Source: Cylindrospermopsis raciborskii Cr2010
Lineage (GTDB): Bacteria; Cyanobacteriota; Cyanobacteriia; Cyanobacteriales; Nostocaceae
Assembly: GCF_003367075.2 (NCBI RefSeq)
Contig: NZ_CP065936.1
Span: 1,020,001 to 1,052,000 of the forward strand
DNA length: 32,000 nucleotides
Direction of reading: 5' to 3'
The notes under the pieces are model-generated. The model was not told the DNA's origin and ran no database searches. It saw only the letters and a program-made list of their open reading frames with translations. Of this stretch, positions 7,572-16,173 are shown piece by piece. Each line of letters begins with the position of its first letter. Positions within the stretch are counted from its first letter, which is position 1. The position numbers and the translations under genes are program-made.

Positions 7572-9125
7572 TTATATGGATGGAAGTCCTACCTCTTGAG
7601 CACTAACCCAGTTCCCATCAAAGTCAATAGCACGATCTTCCGTGGTTCTAGCACTTGCTATTGCTTTGCGTAGTTCTGCAATTTCCATCTGGTCTTTGAT
7701 TTCTCCCAATAGATAAATTAATAATTTTACTGCCAATTCTTTTTTAGACACTTGAACCCGCTTTTTATTCGGATCATATAAAACTCCATACCATAGAGAA
7801 TTAGGAAACTCCATTTGACTAAAACCACCCTGAAGATCAAATTTTTGCAACTTTTTAAAAATGTTTTCTAATAAGAGACCATTTTTAAAAACTAAAATTC
7901 CTAAAGCTTCTGCTAAGGCAACTTGTGCCACAGGACGAAATAAAATATTGCCCTCACCACCAACTTTTTCAAAACTGAATCGCCGTAAAACAGTTGTATC
8001 TTCATGATCTAAAATCTTATAACTAGGGAGGGTGGCTAAATGGTCAAATAGCTGTTCAAATTCCCTAATTCCTTCTGCTAACTCGTCAGGGTCTGGACGC
8101 ATGGGAATCAATCCCTTAATTTGGGGTTGCCAATGGGGAAATTTGTATCCTAAATATTTAGTTGACATATCTTGTAAGGCTTGTAATGTGGTCAATACGG
8201 TGGAATTAGCTGCTACTGTGGCGCTGTTCCAGTTAATCCGAGGTTTCCGATTCTCTCTGTGCGCTAACAGGGGATGACTTACTGCTATTTTTCTGGCTAC
8301 AATTGCAAAACCATTATCTTCATTTAATTGGATCAGTTGACCTTTAGTCAAGGGGGTAGCCATTAAATTCACATGCACAAAAATTGATCTGACTCTCTGT
8401 TTGGCTTCTGAGTAGGTTTCTCCACTATTGACTGCACAAATAAATTCAATTCCAATTTTTTCCTGGGGTAATTGTTTGAGATAGTCAATATTAATCCTAT
8501 ATTGGTCTACCAACTCTGACAGATCTATATAACTATCAGTGGGGATTTTATCTCGGTTATATTTTGTTATTCTTCCATTTTCTAACAGTTCTAATAAACC
8601 CTGAACTCCCATTAATCTATGTTGACCGTCTAAAGCATAGATATTTACATCTTTTTCTGCTACATTCAATAAACCAATATGACCATTTGCATCTAAAGGG
8701 GTAAAATCAGTAGTTGCTTTTTTGGCGCGTCCCTCCCCACCCCATAATTCTGATTTTGCATCATTCGCCCAGGGTTGATTGATTACAACTAGTACTGGTG
8801 GAAACTTATGATTTCTATGTATAGTTAGATATTGTAATAATGAAGCTTGACGTGACCAATCTAAAGAACGCTGTTGAATCTGCTCAATACTATCCGCGTC
8901 AATTTCAATGTTGTCTGTAACCGGATTATATTTATTTTGCAATATCGGTAGAGTAGAAGCGAACTCAACCTTTTTTGCAAACCATTCCAAAGTAACTGAG
9001 CCTAGATAAGCGGTAACATCACCCATTTTCGTTTGTTGAACTATAATTTGAGATGGAAGTTGAGGGGGTTGACCTACTGGGTACTGAGGAAAAATGCTAC
9101 GGTTATCTTGAGGTATTTTTGCCAT
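7572..9125 (-). CDS. DGQHR-domain protein (DndB-like, ParB-fold family), 517 aa
   Basis: Literal DGQHR motif (IYALDGQHRLMG, aa 166-170, nt 8616-8630). Upstream QRSLDWSRQASLLQYL...FPPVLVV block, downstream FVHVNLMATPLTKGQLIQL block. Divergent from dndC. Confidence 0.85.
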   Translation of the reverse strand: MAKIPQDNRSIFPQYPVGQPPQLPSQIIVQQTKMGDVTAYLGSVTLEWFAKKVEFASTLPILQNKYNPVTDNIEIDADSIEQIQQRSLDWSRQASLLQYLTIHRNHKFPPVLVVINQPWANDAKSELWGGEGRAKKATTDFTPLDANGHIGLLNVAEKDVNIYALDGQHRLMGVQGLLELLENGRITKYNRDKIPTDSYIDLSELVDQYRINIDYLKQLPQEKIGIEFICAVNSGETYSEAKQRVRSIFVHVNLMATPLTKGQLIQLNEDNGFAIVARKIAVSHPLLAHRENRKPRINWNSATVAANSTVLTTLQALQDMSTKYLGYKFPHWQPQIKGLIPMRPDPDELAEGIREFEQLFDHLATLPSYKILDHEDTTVLRRFSFEKVGGEGNILFRPVAQVALAEALGILVFKNGLLLENIFKKLQKFDLQGGFSQMEFPNSLWYGVLYDPNKKRVQVSKKELAVKLLIYLLGEIKDQMEIAELRKAIASARTTEDRAIDFDGNWVSAQEVGLPSI

Positions 9126-9261
9126 GAAGTTAATTTTTTAAAAACTTAATTGGAGATTAGGTTGTCTATTTTGCCAAAATATTACATACTAGTACGAAAC
9201 TATAGTTGTCAATACTTTCTAGAAATTTCCCTTGTAAAGGTCTGATTTACATTCCCGACCT

Positions 9262-9358
9262 TGAATTCCCACAGAATTCATCGGTGAATTGATAAGATCA
9301 TCAGCAATTGTTTTCCCAATTATCCCTCCTAATTACAACAATTATCCCCAATTACAAC
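9262..9358. promoter_or_regulatory. candidate operator region in the DGQHR/dndC divergent spacer
   Basis: Perfect inverted repeat TGAATTC-ccaca-GAATTCA at 9262-9280, plus a third TGAATT at 9285-9290. Imperfect tandem unit aattatccc(n)aattacaac at 9318-9339 and 9340-9358, ending directly at the dndC ATG. Confidence 0.3.
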
Positions 9359-9359
9359 C

Positions 9360-11015
9360 ATGGTGACATCAGAAAGTAAAACCCCGCCGAATCGAACTGT
9401 AGCTGAGCTGGTGGAGAATATTCTAGTTCTTACGAAAGAAATTCAGCAATTATACTGTTTGGACGACATACCCTGGGTGGTTGGTTATTCTGGAGGAAAA
9501 GACAGTACGGCAATCTTACAACTGATTTGGAATGCTATTTCTGATTTACCACCAGAAAAAAGAACTAAGACCATTCACGTCATTACCACAGACACAGGCG
9601 TAGAGAATCCTTATGTTTCCGCTTGGGTACGTGCTTCTCATGAAAATATCAAAAAAGCTGCCCAAGAACAGCAAGTTCCCATGCAAGCTCACCTTTTACA
9701 ACCAGAAACAAAGGAGACATATTGGGTGGGTCTAATTGGTAAGGGATATCCTGCTCCCCGTCAAAAATTTCGCTGGTGTACTGAACGCCTAAAAATCAGC
9801 CCATCTAACCGTTTTATTCGTGATATGGTTAGGGAAAGTGGAGAAACAATCCTGGTTCTGGGTATTCGCAAGACCGAAAGTAAAAATCGTGCTGCTACCA
9901 TGAAAAAAATGGAGGCTAAAAGACTGCGCGATCGCCTGAGTCCCAATGGCAATTTACCCAATTCCCTGGTTTACAGTCCCATAGAAGATTGGCGGACTGA
10001 TGAAGTTTGGCTATATTTGATGCAGTGGGATAATCCTTGGGGGCACAGTAATAAGGATCTATTTGTGATGTATAGGCAATCAACGGAAGACAATGAATGC
10101 CCATTGGTTGTTGACACATCTACTCCTAGTTGTGGCAGTTCTCGTTTTGGTTGTTGGGTTTGTACCCTAGTTGATCGTGATGTATCCCTGAGTGCAATGA
10201 TTCAAAATGATCAAGAAAAAGAGTGGATGCAACCAATAGTTGAGTTTAGGAAGGAATTAGATATTGAAAATGACAGAGAAAAAAGGGATTTTCGTCGCAT
10301 TTGGGGGGAAGTTCAATTATTTGAACGGAACAGAAATGGGGAAATGTCGGTTGAACCCATACCTGGGCCATATACAAAATATTGGCGAGAATACTGGTTA
10401 AGAAAATTATTAACAGCACAAAAAGAAATGAGAGAGAATGCACCAGAAAACATGGCCAATATCACCCTAATCTCAATGGAAGAACTGAGTGAAATTCGCC
10501 GTATCTGGCTGGAAGAAAAACACGAATTTGACGACAGTTTACCCCAAATATATGAACAAGTGACAGGAGAAAAATTTAAAGATTCTCGACCTGGCGCAGA
10601 TTATAGTCTATTAGGTGGGGATGAGTGGGAGGTGTTAGAACAAATCTGTGCGGGTAACTCTATGGAATTAGAGCTGATGGCAAAGTTACTAGACACGGAA
10701 AGACAATTCAAGAAAAAAACCCGCCGAGTAGGGATTTTTGAAACTTTAGAAAAGTGCTTTGAAACTAGTTCCCGTTCCCAACAAGAGGCTATTGATTATG
10801 CTCATTTTAAAAGAGATCTACGTCTAGCAGCTAGTGAAGGCAATGTAGCAACAATTCGTCAGGCATTTAAACAATTAGATATACCACGGGTGCAAGAGCA
10901 AAATAACACTGAGTATAACACTGAAAATAAGACCGAAGATAAAAAACCCCTAGAGCAACCACTGAGTTTTGCGAGCATGAAATATAGAAAGTATGAATAT
11001 AAGCAAGAAGAATAG
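9360..11015 (+). CDS. dndC: DNA phosphorothioation sulfurtransferase DndC (PAPS-reductase-like, PP-loop)
   Basis: PP-loop SGGKDS (nt 9489-9506). Cys cluster CPLVVDTSTPSCGSSRFGCWVCT typical of the DndC Fe-S site. 551 aa, followed by dndD and dndE. Confidence 0.9.
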   Translation: MVTSESKTPPNRTVAELVENILVLTKEIQQLYCLDDIPWVVGYSGGKDSTAILQLIWNAISDLPPEKRTKTIHVITTDTGVENPYVSAWVRASHENIKKAAQEQQVPMQAHLLQPETKETYWVGLIGKGYPAPRQKFRWCTERLKISPSNRFIRDMVRESGETILVLGIRKTESKNRAATMKKMEAKRLRDRLSPNGNLPNSLVYSPIEDWRTDEVWLYLMQWDNPWGHSNKDLFVMYRQSTEDNECPLVVDTSTPSCGSSRFGCWVCTLVDRDVSLSAMIQNDQEKEWMQPIVEFRKELDIENDREKRDFRRIWGEVQLFERNRNGEMSVEPIPGPYTKYWREYWLRKLLTAQKEMRENAPENMANITLISMEELSEIRRIWLEEKHEFDDSLPQIYEQVTGEKFKDSRPGADYSLLGGDEWEVLEQICAGNSMELELMAKLLDTERQFKKKTRRVGIFETLEKCFETSSRSQQEAIDYAHFKRDLRLAASEGNVATIRQAFKQLDIPRVQEQNNTEYNTENKTEDKKPLEQPLSFASMKYRKYEYKQEE

Positions 11016-11063
11016 ATTCTTAGATTATTAGTTTGCCATCTTGATTTTTGAACTGCTGGAATT

Positions 11064-13118
11064 ATGATTTTTTTAGAACTTGTACTGCAAAACTTTGGTC
11101 CTTATGCTGGTAAGCAAGTGATTAATTTGGATACCAGAATCGATCAGAATAACATTCGTCCAATTATTCTTTTGGGGGGGATGAACGGAGGAGGAAAAAC
11201 CACCCTGATGGATGCTATTCGCTTGGCATTATATGGAGCAAGGGCCCAATGTTCCACCAGGGGAAATTTAAGTTATGGTGACTTTCTCACCCAGTGTGTG
11301 AATAACAAAGCTGACCCGATTAATAAAACCAGAATCGAGTTGGTTTTTGAACACATTGAAGATGATAAACCCGTGAGGTATCGGGTAGTGAGAACTTGGG
11401 AAAAAAACCCCAAGGATGGTAAAGATTCCCTGGGAATTTTGGGGGATGACGAAACCTGGCCCCAGTCTTTAGCCAATATCTGGGACGAATACATAGAAAA
11501 TATATTGCCCTTGGGTATTTCTAATTTATTTTTATTTGATGGTGAGCAGGTCAAGGAACTAGCAGAACAGGAAGTTCCTCCTCCCATAGTGGTGGATGCA
11601 ATTAATGGACTCTTGGGATTGGAGTTAGTAGATAAATTGTCCTTAGATTTGGAAATATTAGTCAATCGCAAAAAAAAGGAAAATGCTGATGATCAGGATT
11701 TGGCTAAGTTGGAAGAATTGGAAACCCGTTTGCATAAACAAATGGAGCAAAAAAATTCTCAAAAATCTCAGTTGCAAGACCTAGAGGAGCAGGTAAAAAA
11801 TTTAAAAGTTAAATATGAGGAAGCCCTAAATAAGTATATATCAGAAGGTGGCAAAATTGCCGGGGAACGCAGTCAACTGGATAGGGAGAGGGAAACTCAG
11901 GTTGGCAAGGTGGAAAATCTACGGAAAACTTTATGCGAATTGGCTGAGGGTGTGTTACCTTTACAGTTAATTAGTAATTTATTATCTCAAGTCCAGATCC
12001 AGGGTGAAAAAGAGTTAAGACTTCAACAAATACAGTTACAAAATCAAGTGGCTAGAGATATTTTAATTACTAGAGATAAAAGATTGGTTTCCTTCCTCCA
12101 TCAATTGAATCTAAAACTGGAAACAATCACCAGTATTGAAAATTTCCTGCTTCAGGATATTGATAGTTTATATATGGATTTATCTACTAAATTGTATGAT
12201 AATAAAACAGTTAAAGCCAATGTGAAAGCCAATAATGCCAATAATTATGAAGGGTCTTTCTTACATGCAGACGAAGAAACTTTAAGTTCTTTAGATCGTC
12301 TGATCTATGGCTTGCCAACAGTCCAAAATAACGCCAAAAACCACCTGCTCGAACTGCGCAATTGTCTAGAATTAATTGTCAGCCTAGATAGGCAAATTCA
12401 AGCTGCTGCTCCACCAGAAGCATACATCAAACTACAAAAAATCCGAGAACTGGCTGAAAAAGAATGGAGTCGAGCAAATACCAATTTGGAAATACTCAAT
12501 CGTCAGTTCATCAATTTAACTACCACCATTGATAAAACCAAACGAGAGTTGAATAGTTATACCGACAAAAATCTTAAATATCAAAGTAATCAACATTTGA
12601 TTGCTTCAGTCCATAGAGTACAAGAAAATTTAAAGTTGTTTAAAGAAAAACTAACTTTAAGGAAATTAAATAAATTAGAAGAAGAAGTAAAAAACTGTTT
12701 TTTGTATTTACTACATAAATCATATTTGGTCTATAGAGTGGGAATTGATGCTAAAAGTTTCCAACTCTCATTGTATGATCTCCACGGTAAATTAGTCCCT
12801 AAACATAGACTATCCGCAGGAGAAAAACAACTCTTGGCGATCGCCTTTTTATGGGGTTTAGCAAAAGTGTCTGGAAAACAACTACCGGTGGCAATTGACA
12901 CCCCCCTAGGAAGACTAGATTCATCCCATAGAAATAACCTACTGGAAAGATATTTCCCCACAGCAAGCCATCAAGTAATTTTACTATCCACAGATACAGA
13001 AATAGCCAGGAAAGAAATAGCAATACTCAGAGAACATCAGGCGATCGCACGAGAATATATTTTAGAGTATGATTCAGGAAAAAGAGAAACAACCATCAAA
13101 GAGGGATATTTTTGGTAA
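11064..13118 (+). CDS. dndD: DNA sulfur modification protein DndD (SMC-like ATPase)
   Basis: Walker A GGMNGGGKTT, LFLFDGEQVKEL, long coiled coil, signature SAGEKQLLAIAFLWGL, Walker B/D-loop LPVAIDTPLGRLD. Lies between dndC and dndE. Confidence 0.9.
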   Translation: MIFLELVLQNFGPYAGKQVINLDTRIDQNNIRPIILLGGMNGGGKTTLMDAIRLALYGARAQCSTRGNLSYGDFLTQCVNNKADPINKTRIELVFEHIEDDKPVRYRVVRTWEKNPKDGKDSLGILGDDETWPQSLANIWDEYIENILPLGISNLFLFDGEQVKELAEQEVPPPIVVDAINGLLGLELVDKLSLDLEILVNRKKKENADDQDLAKLEELETRLHKQMEQKNSQKSQLQDLEEQVKNLKVKYEEALNKYISEGGKIAGERSQLDRERETQVGKVENLRKTLCELAEGVLPLQLISNLLSQVQIQGEKELRLQQIQLQNQVARDILITRDKRLVSFLHQLNLKLETITSIENFLLQDIDSLYMDLSTKLYDNKTVKANVKANNANNYEGSFLHADEETLSSLDRLIYGLPTVQNNAKNHLLELRNCLELIVSLDRQIQAAAPPEAYIKLQKIRELAEKEWSRANTNLEILNRQFINLTTTIDKTKRELNSYTDKNLKYQSNQHLIASVHRVQENLKLFKEKLTLRKLNKLEEEVKNCFLYLLHKSYLVYRVGIDAKSFQLSLYDLHGKLVPKHRLSAGEKQLLAIAFLWGLAKVSGKQLPVAIDTPLGRLDSSHRNNLLERYFPTASHQVILLSTDTEIARKEIAILREHQAIAREYILEYDSGKRETTIKEGYFW

Positions 13119-13148
13119 TTAGGTAAGAGAGTTAATATCATACCAGGT

Positions 13149-13550
13149 ATGAAAATGGAATCACCCATAGAAAGAATTAAACTATCGCAGACGGCCAAGG
13201 ATCAACTGTTGAAATTAAAACGTGTCACCCGTATAGAACAATGGAATATACTATGTCGGTGGGCGTTTTGTCGTTCTCTAGCTGAAACCAGTCCCCCATC
13301 ACCCATACCCATACCCCAAGACAGTAATGTAGAGCTGACGTGGAAAGTATTTGGGGGAGAAATAGCAGATATTTTGCTGTTAGCACTAAAACAACGGTGT
13401 AATAACGACGGTTTAGGAACAGACTCAGAAACCCTAATCACCCAATTTCGCTTGCACCTACATAGAGGTATAGGATATTTAGCAGGGGATCCAAATATTA
13501 AGAGTATTGAAGATTTCATAGATCTGACTAGCAAGAATGTGAAAAGCTAG
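13149..13550 (+). CDS. dndE: DNA sulfur modification protein DndE
   Basis: 133 aa. N-terminal IKLSQTAKDQLLKLKRVTRIEQWNILCRWAFCRSL matches the remembered DndE pattern. It is the terminal gene of dndCDE, 30 nt after dndD. Confidence 0.8.
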   Translation: MKMESPIERIKLSQTAKDQLLKLKRVTRIEQWNILCRWAFCRSLAETSPPSPIPIPQDSNVELTWKVFGGEIADILLLALKQRCNNDGLGTDSETLITQFRLHLHRGIGYLAGDPNIKSIEDFIDLTSKNVKS

Positions 13551-13583
13551 TAATAATCTAGTTGATCAACCATAGCACCAGAG

Positions 13584-15101
13584 ATGATTCAAGAAATCCA
13601 AGCACTAAAACAGGCATTTTATAGTCGCAAGATGGGGAGTTTGCTGTTGCTCGGTTTTGCTTCCGGGTTACCACTGTTTCTCACCACTCGCACCCTGCAA
13701 CTATGGATGAAAGATGCTGATGTAGAGGTTGCCAAAATCACATTATTTAGCCTAGTCAGTCTACCATACTCCTTAAAATTTATTTGGTCTCCCCTAATTG
13801 ATAGATTTTCTCCATCCTTTTTAGGGGGGAGGAGAGGTTGGTTGTTCCTTACTCAATTGGGGTTAGTGCTAGCAATAGTAATCATGGCATTACAGCAACC
13901 AACCCAAAACACCCAAGTGCTAATCACCCTAGCCATTATATCATTTATTATTGCCTTTTTTAGTGCCACCCAAGATATTGCTGGGGATGCCTATAGAACG
14001 GAAATTTTAAAGCCCCTAGAATTGGAAACAGGAGCATCTGTATGGGTTTTAGGTTATCGGGTAGCTCTATTTATTGCCTTTTCTTTAGCAGCATGGTTAG
14101 CAGGATTTCTGTCATGGAATATGGTATACCTACTCATGGCAGGATTTATGACCGTGGGACTCATTACCACTCTTTTGGCTCCACCAGAAACCCAAGAGAA
14201 AAACAACTCACCCAAGACCAACAATAGGTTTTTAAAAACTAAGGATATTATATTTCTCCTGCTGATTATCACCATAACTGCTGCTTTAGTGGGGGGTGTA
14301 ATTTCCCAGGTAATCCCCCTGCAAGTCTTTTATTGGATATTAGGTGGACTACTAATAACTTGGGTTCTGGCCTCAATTATCTTGCCCAAACCCCAACTAA
14401 ATGAACACTCCCAAGACCTGACACCACACACCCTACAAGAAGCAGTCATCTTACCACTACAAATCTTCCTAGAAAAATATGGCATTAGTAAAGCACTAAT
14501 TATCCTCATCTTCATTATACTCTATAAACTGGGTGATTCCCTCGTAGGAATCACAGCCAACCTATTTGCCAAAGAAATTAACTTTAATAACCAGGAACTA
14601 GCAACAGTTTACATTATTGGACTAATAGCCACCACCACAGGGGTCATCCTCGGTGGAATAATAATGTCTAAAATTGGCATCAACCGCGCCCTTTGGATAT
14701 TTGGCATCCTCCAACTACTCAGCAACCTAGGTTATTATACACTAGCTATTGTTGGCAAAGACTACCCTCTCCTGGCGATCGCTATTATGATCGAAAACAG
14801 CAGTGCTGGACTAGTCACCGTAGCTACAGTGGCTTACCTAATGAGCTTATGTAGTCATAACTTTACCACCACACAATTTGCTCTATTTTCTAGCCTTATG
14901 GCATTAAGTCGAGACATACTTTCAGCACCTGCAGGGGACTGGGCAAAAGCTACTGGTTGGCCAAATTTCTTTCTGTTATCTATATTAGCAGCTTTACCTG
15001 GATTAATACTGTTACCTATAGCCGCCCCTTGGAATAATAAATCGTTAACAGTAAACAGACCAGGACTTGAAAAGGAGGATTTATGGAACCACAAGCAGTA
15101 A
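13584..15101 (+). CDS. ampG: AmpG-family MFS muropeptide permease
   Basis: LLGFASGLPLFLTTRTLQLWM ... LPYSLKFIWSPLIDRF...GRRRGWLFLTQL is the characteristic AmpG N-terminal pattern. About 12-14 hydrophobic helices. Confidence 0.8.
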   Translation: MIQEIQALKQAFYSRKMGSLLLLGFASGLPLFLTTRTLQLWMKDADVEVAKITLFSLVSLPYSLKFIWSPLIDRFSPSFLGGRRGWLFLTQLGLVLAIVIMALQQPTQNTQVLITLAIISFIIAFFSATQDIAGDAYRTEILKPLELETGASVWVLGYRVALFIAFSLAAWLAGFLSWNMVYLLMAGFMTVGLITTLLAPPETQEKNNSPKTNNRFLKTKDIIFLLLIITITAALVGGVISQVIPLQVFYWILGGLLITWVLASIILPKPQLNEHSQDLTPHTLQEAVILPLQIFLEKYGISKALIILIFIILYKLGDSLVGITANLFAKEINFNNQELATVYIIGLIATTTGVILGGIIMSKIGINRALWIFGILQLLSNLGYYTLAIVGKDYPLLAIAIMIENSSAGLVTVATVAYLMSLCSHNFTTTQFALFSSLMALSRDILSAPAGDWAKATGWPNFFLLSILAALPGLILLPIAAPWNNKSLTVNRPGLEKEDLWNHKQ

Positions 15102-15481
15102 TTATTCTTGGTACAATCGTATTAATAATTACAGGGTTGTTATTGGGTTATGTAGTTTCACAATTAGTTTTAGGATATTTGGGGTTTAGCCTTCTTACCC
15201 TGCTAGGAACAGTCAGCCTGGTGTTGATTTTTGGTGCCCTCTACTACGTAATATTTTGGCAATTGCGACGACAGTTACAACCAGCAAATTTCGGTTCTGT
15301 CAAACAAGTAGATGAGGAAATAACAGGAAGTTACCTGAAAAACAGACTCATTACCAGACTATCTGGTGATGTAGCTGCTGCGGAAAGATTAATTGAACAG
15401 GCCCAACAAAACTATCCAGGAATGCCAGAAAATTGGTACTGTGAAAAAGTCCTTGATGATTTAGATCGGGATCAACATTAA
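15083..15481 (+). CDS. membrane protein of unknown function (two N-terminal TM helices, soluble C-terminal tail)
   Basis: ATG overlaps the ampG 3' end by 19 nt. Hydrophobic N-terminus. The C-terminal AAAERLIEQAQQNYPGMPENWYCEKVLDDLDRD motif looks like a conserved cyanobacterial motif to me. Confidence 0.6.
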   Translation: MEPQAVIILGTIVLIITGLLLGYVVSQLVLGYLGFSLLTLLGTVSLVLIFGALYYVIFWQLRRQLQPANFGSVKQVDEEITGSYLKNRLITRLSGDVAAAERLIEQAQQNYPGMPENWYCEKVLDDLDRDQH

Positions 15482-15504
15482 AACCACTCAGATTATTACA
15501 GATC

Positions 15505-15681
15505 ATGTCTATTTTTCGTCAGTACATCGCTCCCTTGCTCGTTGTTTTAGTATTTTTAGTTGCCTTGGCTGCTGTCAGTGCGAGGATTTTTCTACCCGCC
15601 GATATGGCTGCACCCGCTCCAGTTGGCACAATCGTTCATCATTTATCAGTTTACACCCTAAGTTACAATTTTAACATTTGA
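15505..15681 (+). CDS. unlisted 58-aa single-TM small ORF (MSIFRQYIAPLLVVLVFLVALAAVSARIF...)
   Basis: Below the ORF-track size cutoff; I translated it by hand with no internal stops. Its TGA (15679-15681) overlaps the TTG start (15678-15680) of the next gene, which has no in-frame ATG start. Confidence 0.35.
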   Translation: MSIFRQYIAPLLVVLVFLVALAAVSARIFLPADMAAPAPVGTIVHHLSVYTLSYNFNI

Positions 15682-16148
15682 CTTTGGAATTTCCTTTGCC
15701 GGACTATTCTCTTCGTCGAGGTTCTATCCTAGACAAGGCCCTCTTGGTCAAGTTTATCCAGCGTACTTACCAAGAAATTTTTCCCTCCCGAGACTTTTCC
15801 CACCTGTCCCGTACTGTGGAGAACTATCTTTCCAATGATACGCCTTTGTGGTGGGTATATAAAAATCAGCAGCCGTCTCCAATAGCTTGTTTGTGGGCTG
15901 GTAATGCCATAGATCAGGTAACAGGTAGTCGTCATACCCACATATTTCTACTTTACGTAGAACCTACCCACCGTAGACAGGGTATTGCCAAAACCCTCAT
16001 GCAACACGTGGAAAACTGGGCTAAACAGAAGGGAGACCCACAAATTGGACTCCAGGTGTTCACCACTAATACCCCTGCTCTAGAGCTTTATAAACAGCTA
16101 GGTTATCAAACCCAATCCCTCTGGATGATAAAATCACTTGAGGGCTGA
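15678..16148 (+). CDS. GNAT-family N-acetyltransferase
   Basis: Acetyl-CoA motif A RRQGIAKTLMQHVENWA and the typical beta-strand pattern LLYVEPTHR. Only TTG starts are available, because an in-frame stop lies at 15672-15674. Confidence 0.8.
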   Translation: MTLEFPLPDYSLRRGSILDKALLVKFIQRTYQEIFPSRDFSHLSRTVENYLSNDTPLWWVYKNQQPSPIACLWAGNAIDQVTGSRHTHIFLLYVEPTHRRQGIAKTLMQHVENWAKQKGDPQIGLQVFTTNTPALELYKQLGYQTQSLWMIKSLEG

Positions 16149-16173
16149 TTTTTAACTAACTGATAAAGATATT

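Noticed and set aside
11273-11671. Antisense or shadow ORFs inside long genes. This one is an example; others are 2099-2422, 6238-6459, 8032-8277, 9761-10119, 12731-13023, 13202-13534, 14054-14515, 19089-22057 (several), 26409-26606, 27566-27994, 29144-29713 and 30276-31055.
   Set aside because: Each lies entirely within a well-supported gene, on the opposite strand or in another frame. Their compositions are low-complexity or Ser/Leu/Arg-skewed, as expected for shadow frames, and they show no motifs.
13551-13583. The 10-bp perfect palindrome GTTGATCAAC (13561-13570) between dndE and ampG, considered as an island att site or terminator.
   Set aside because: There is no matching sequence at the left flank of the locus (4231-4670). 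With no loop it cannot form a useful hairpin. It is too short to distinguish from chance in AT-rich DNA.
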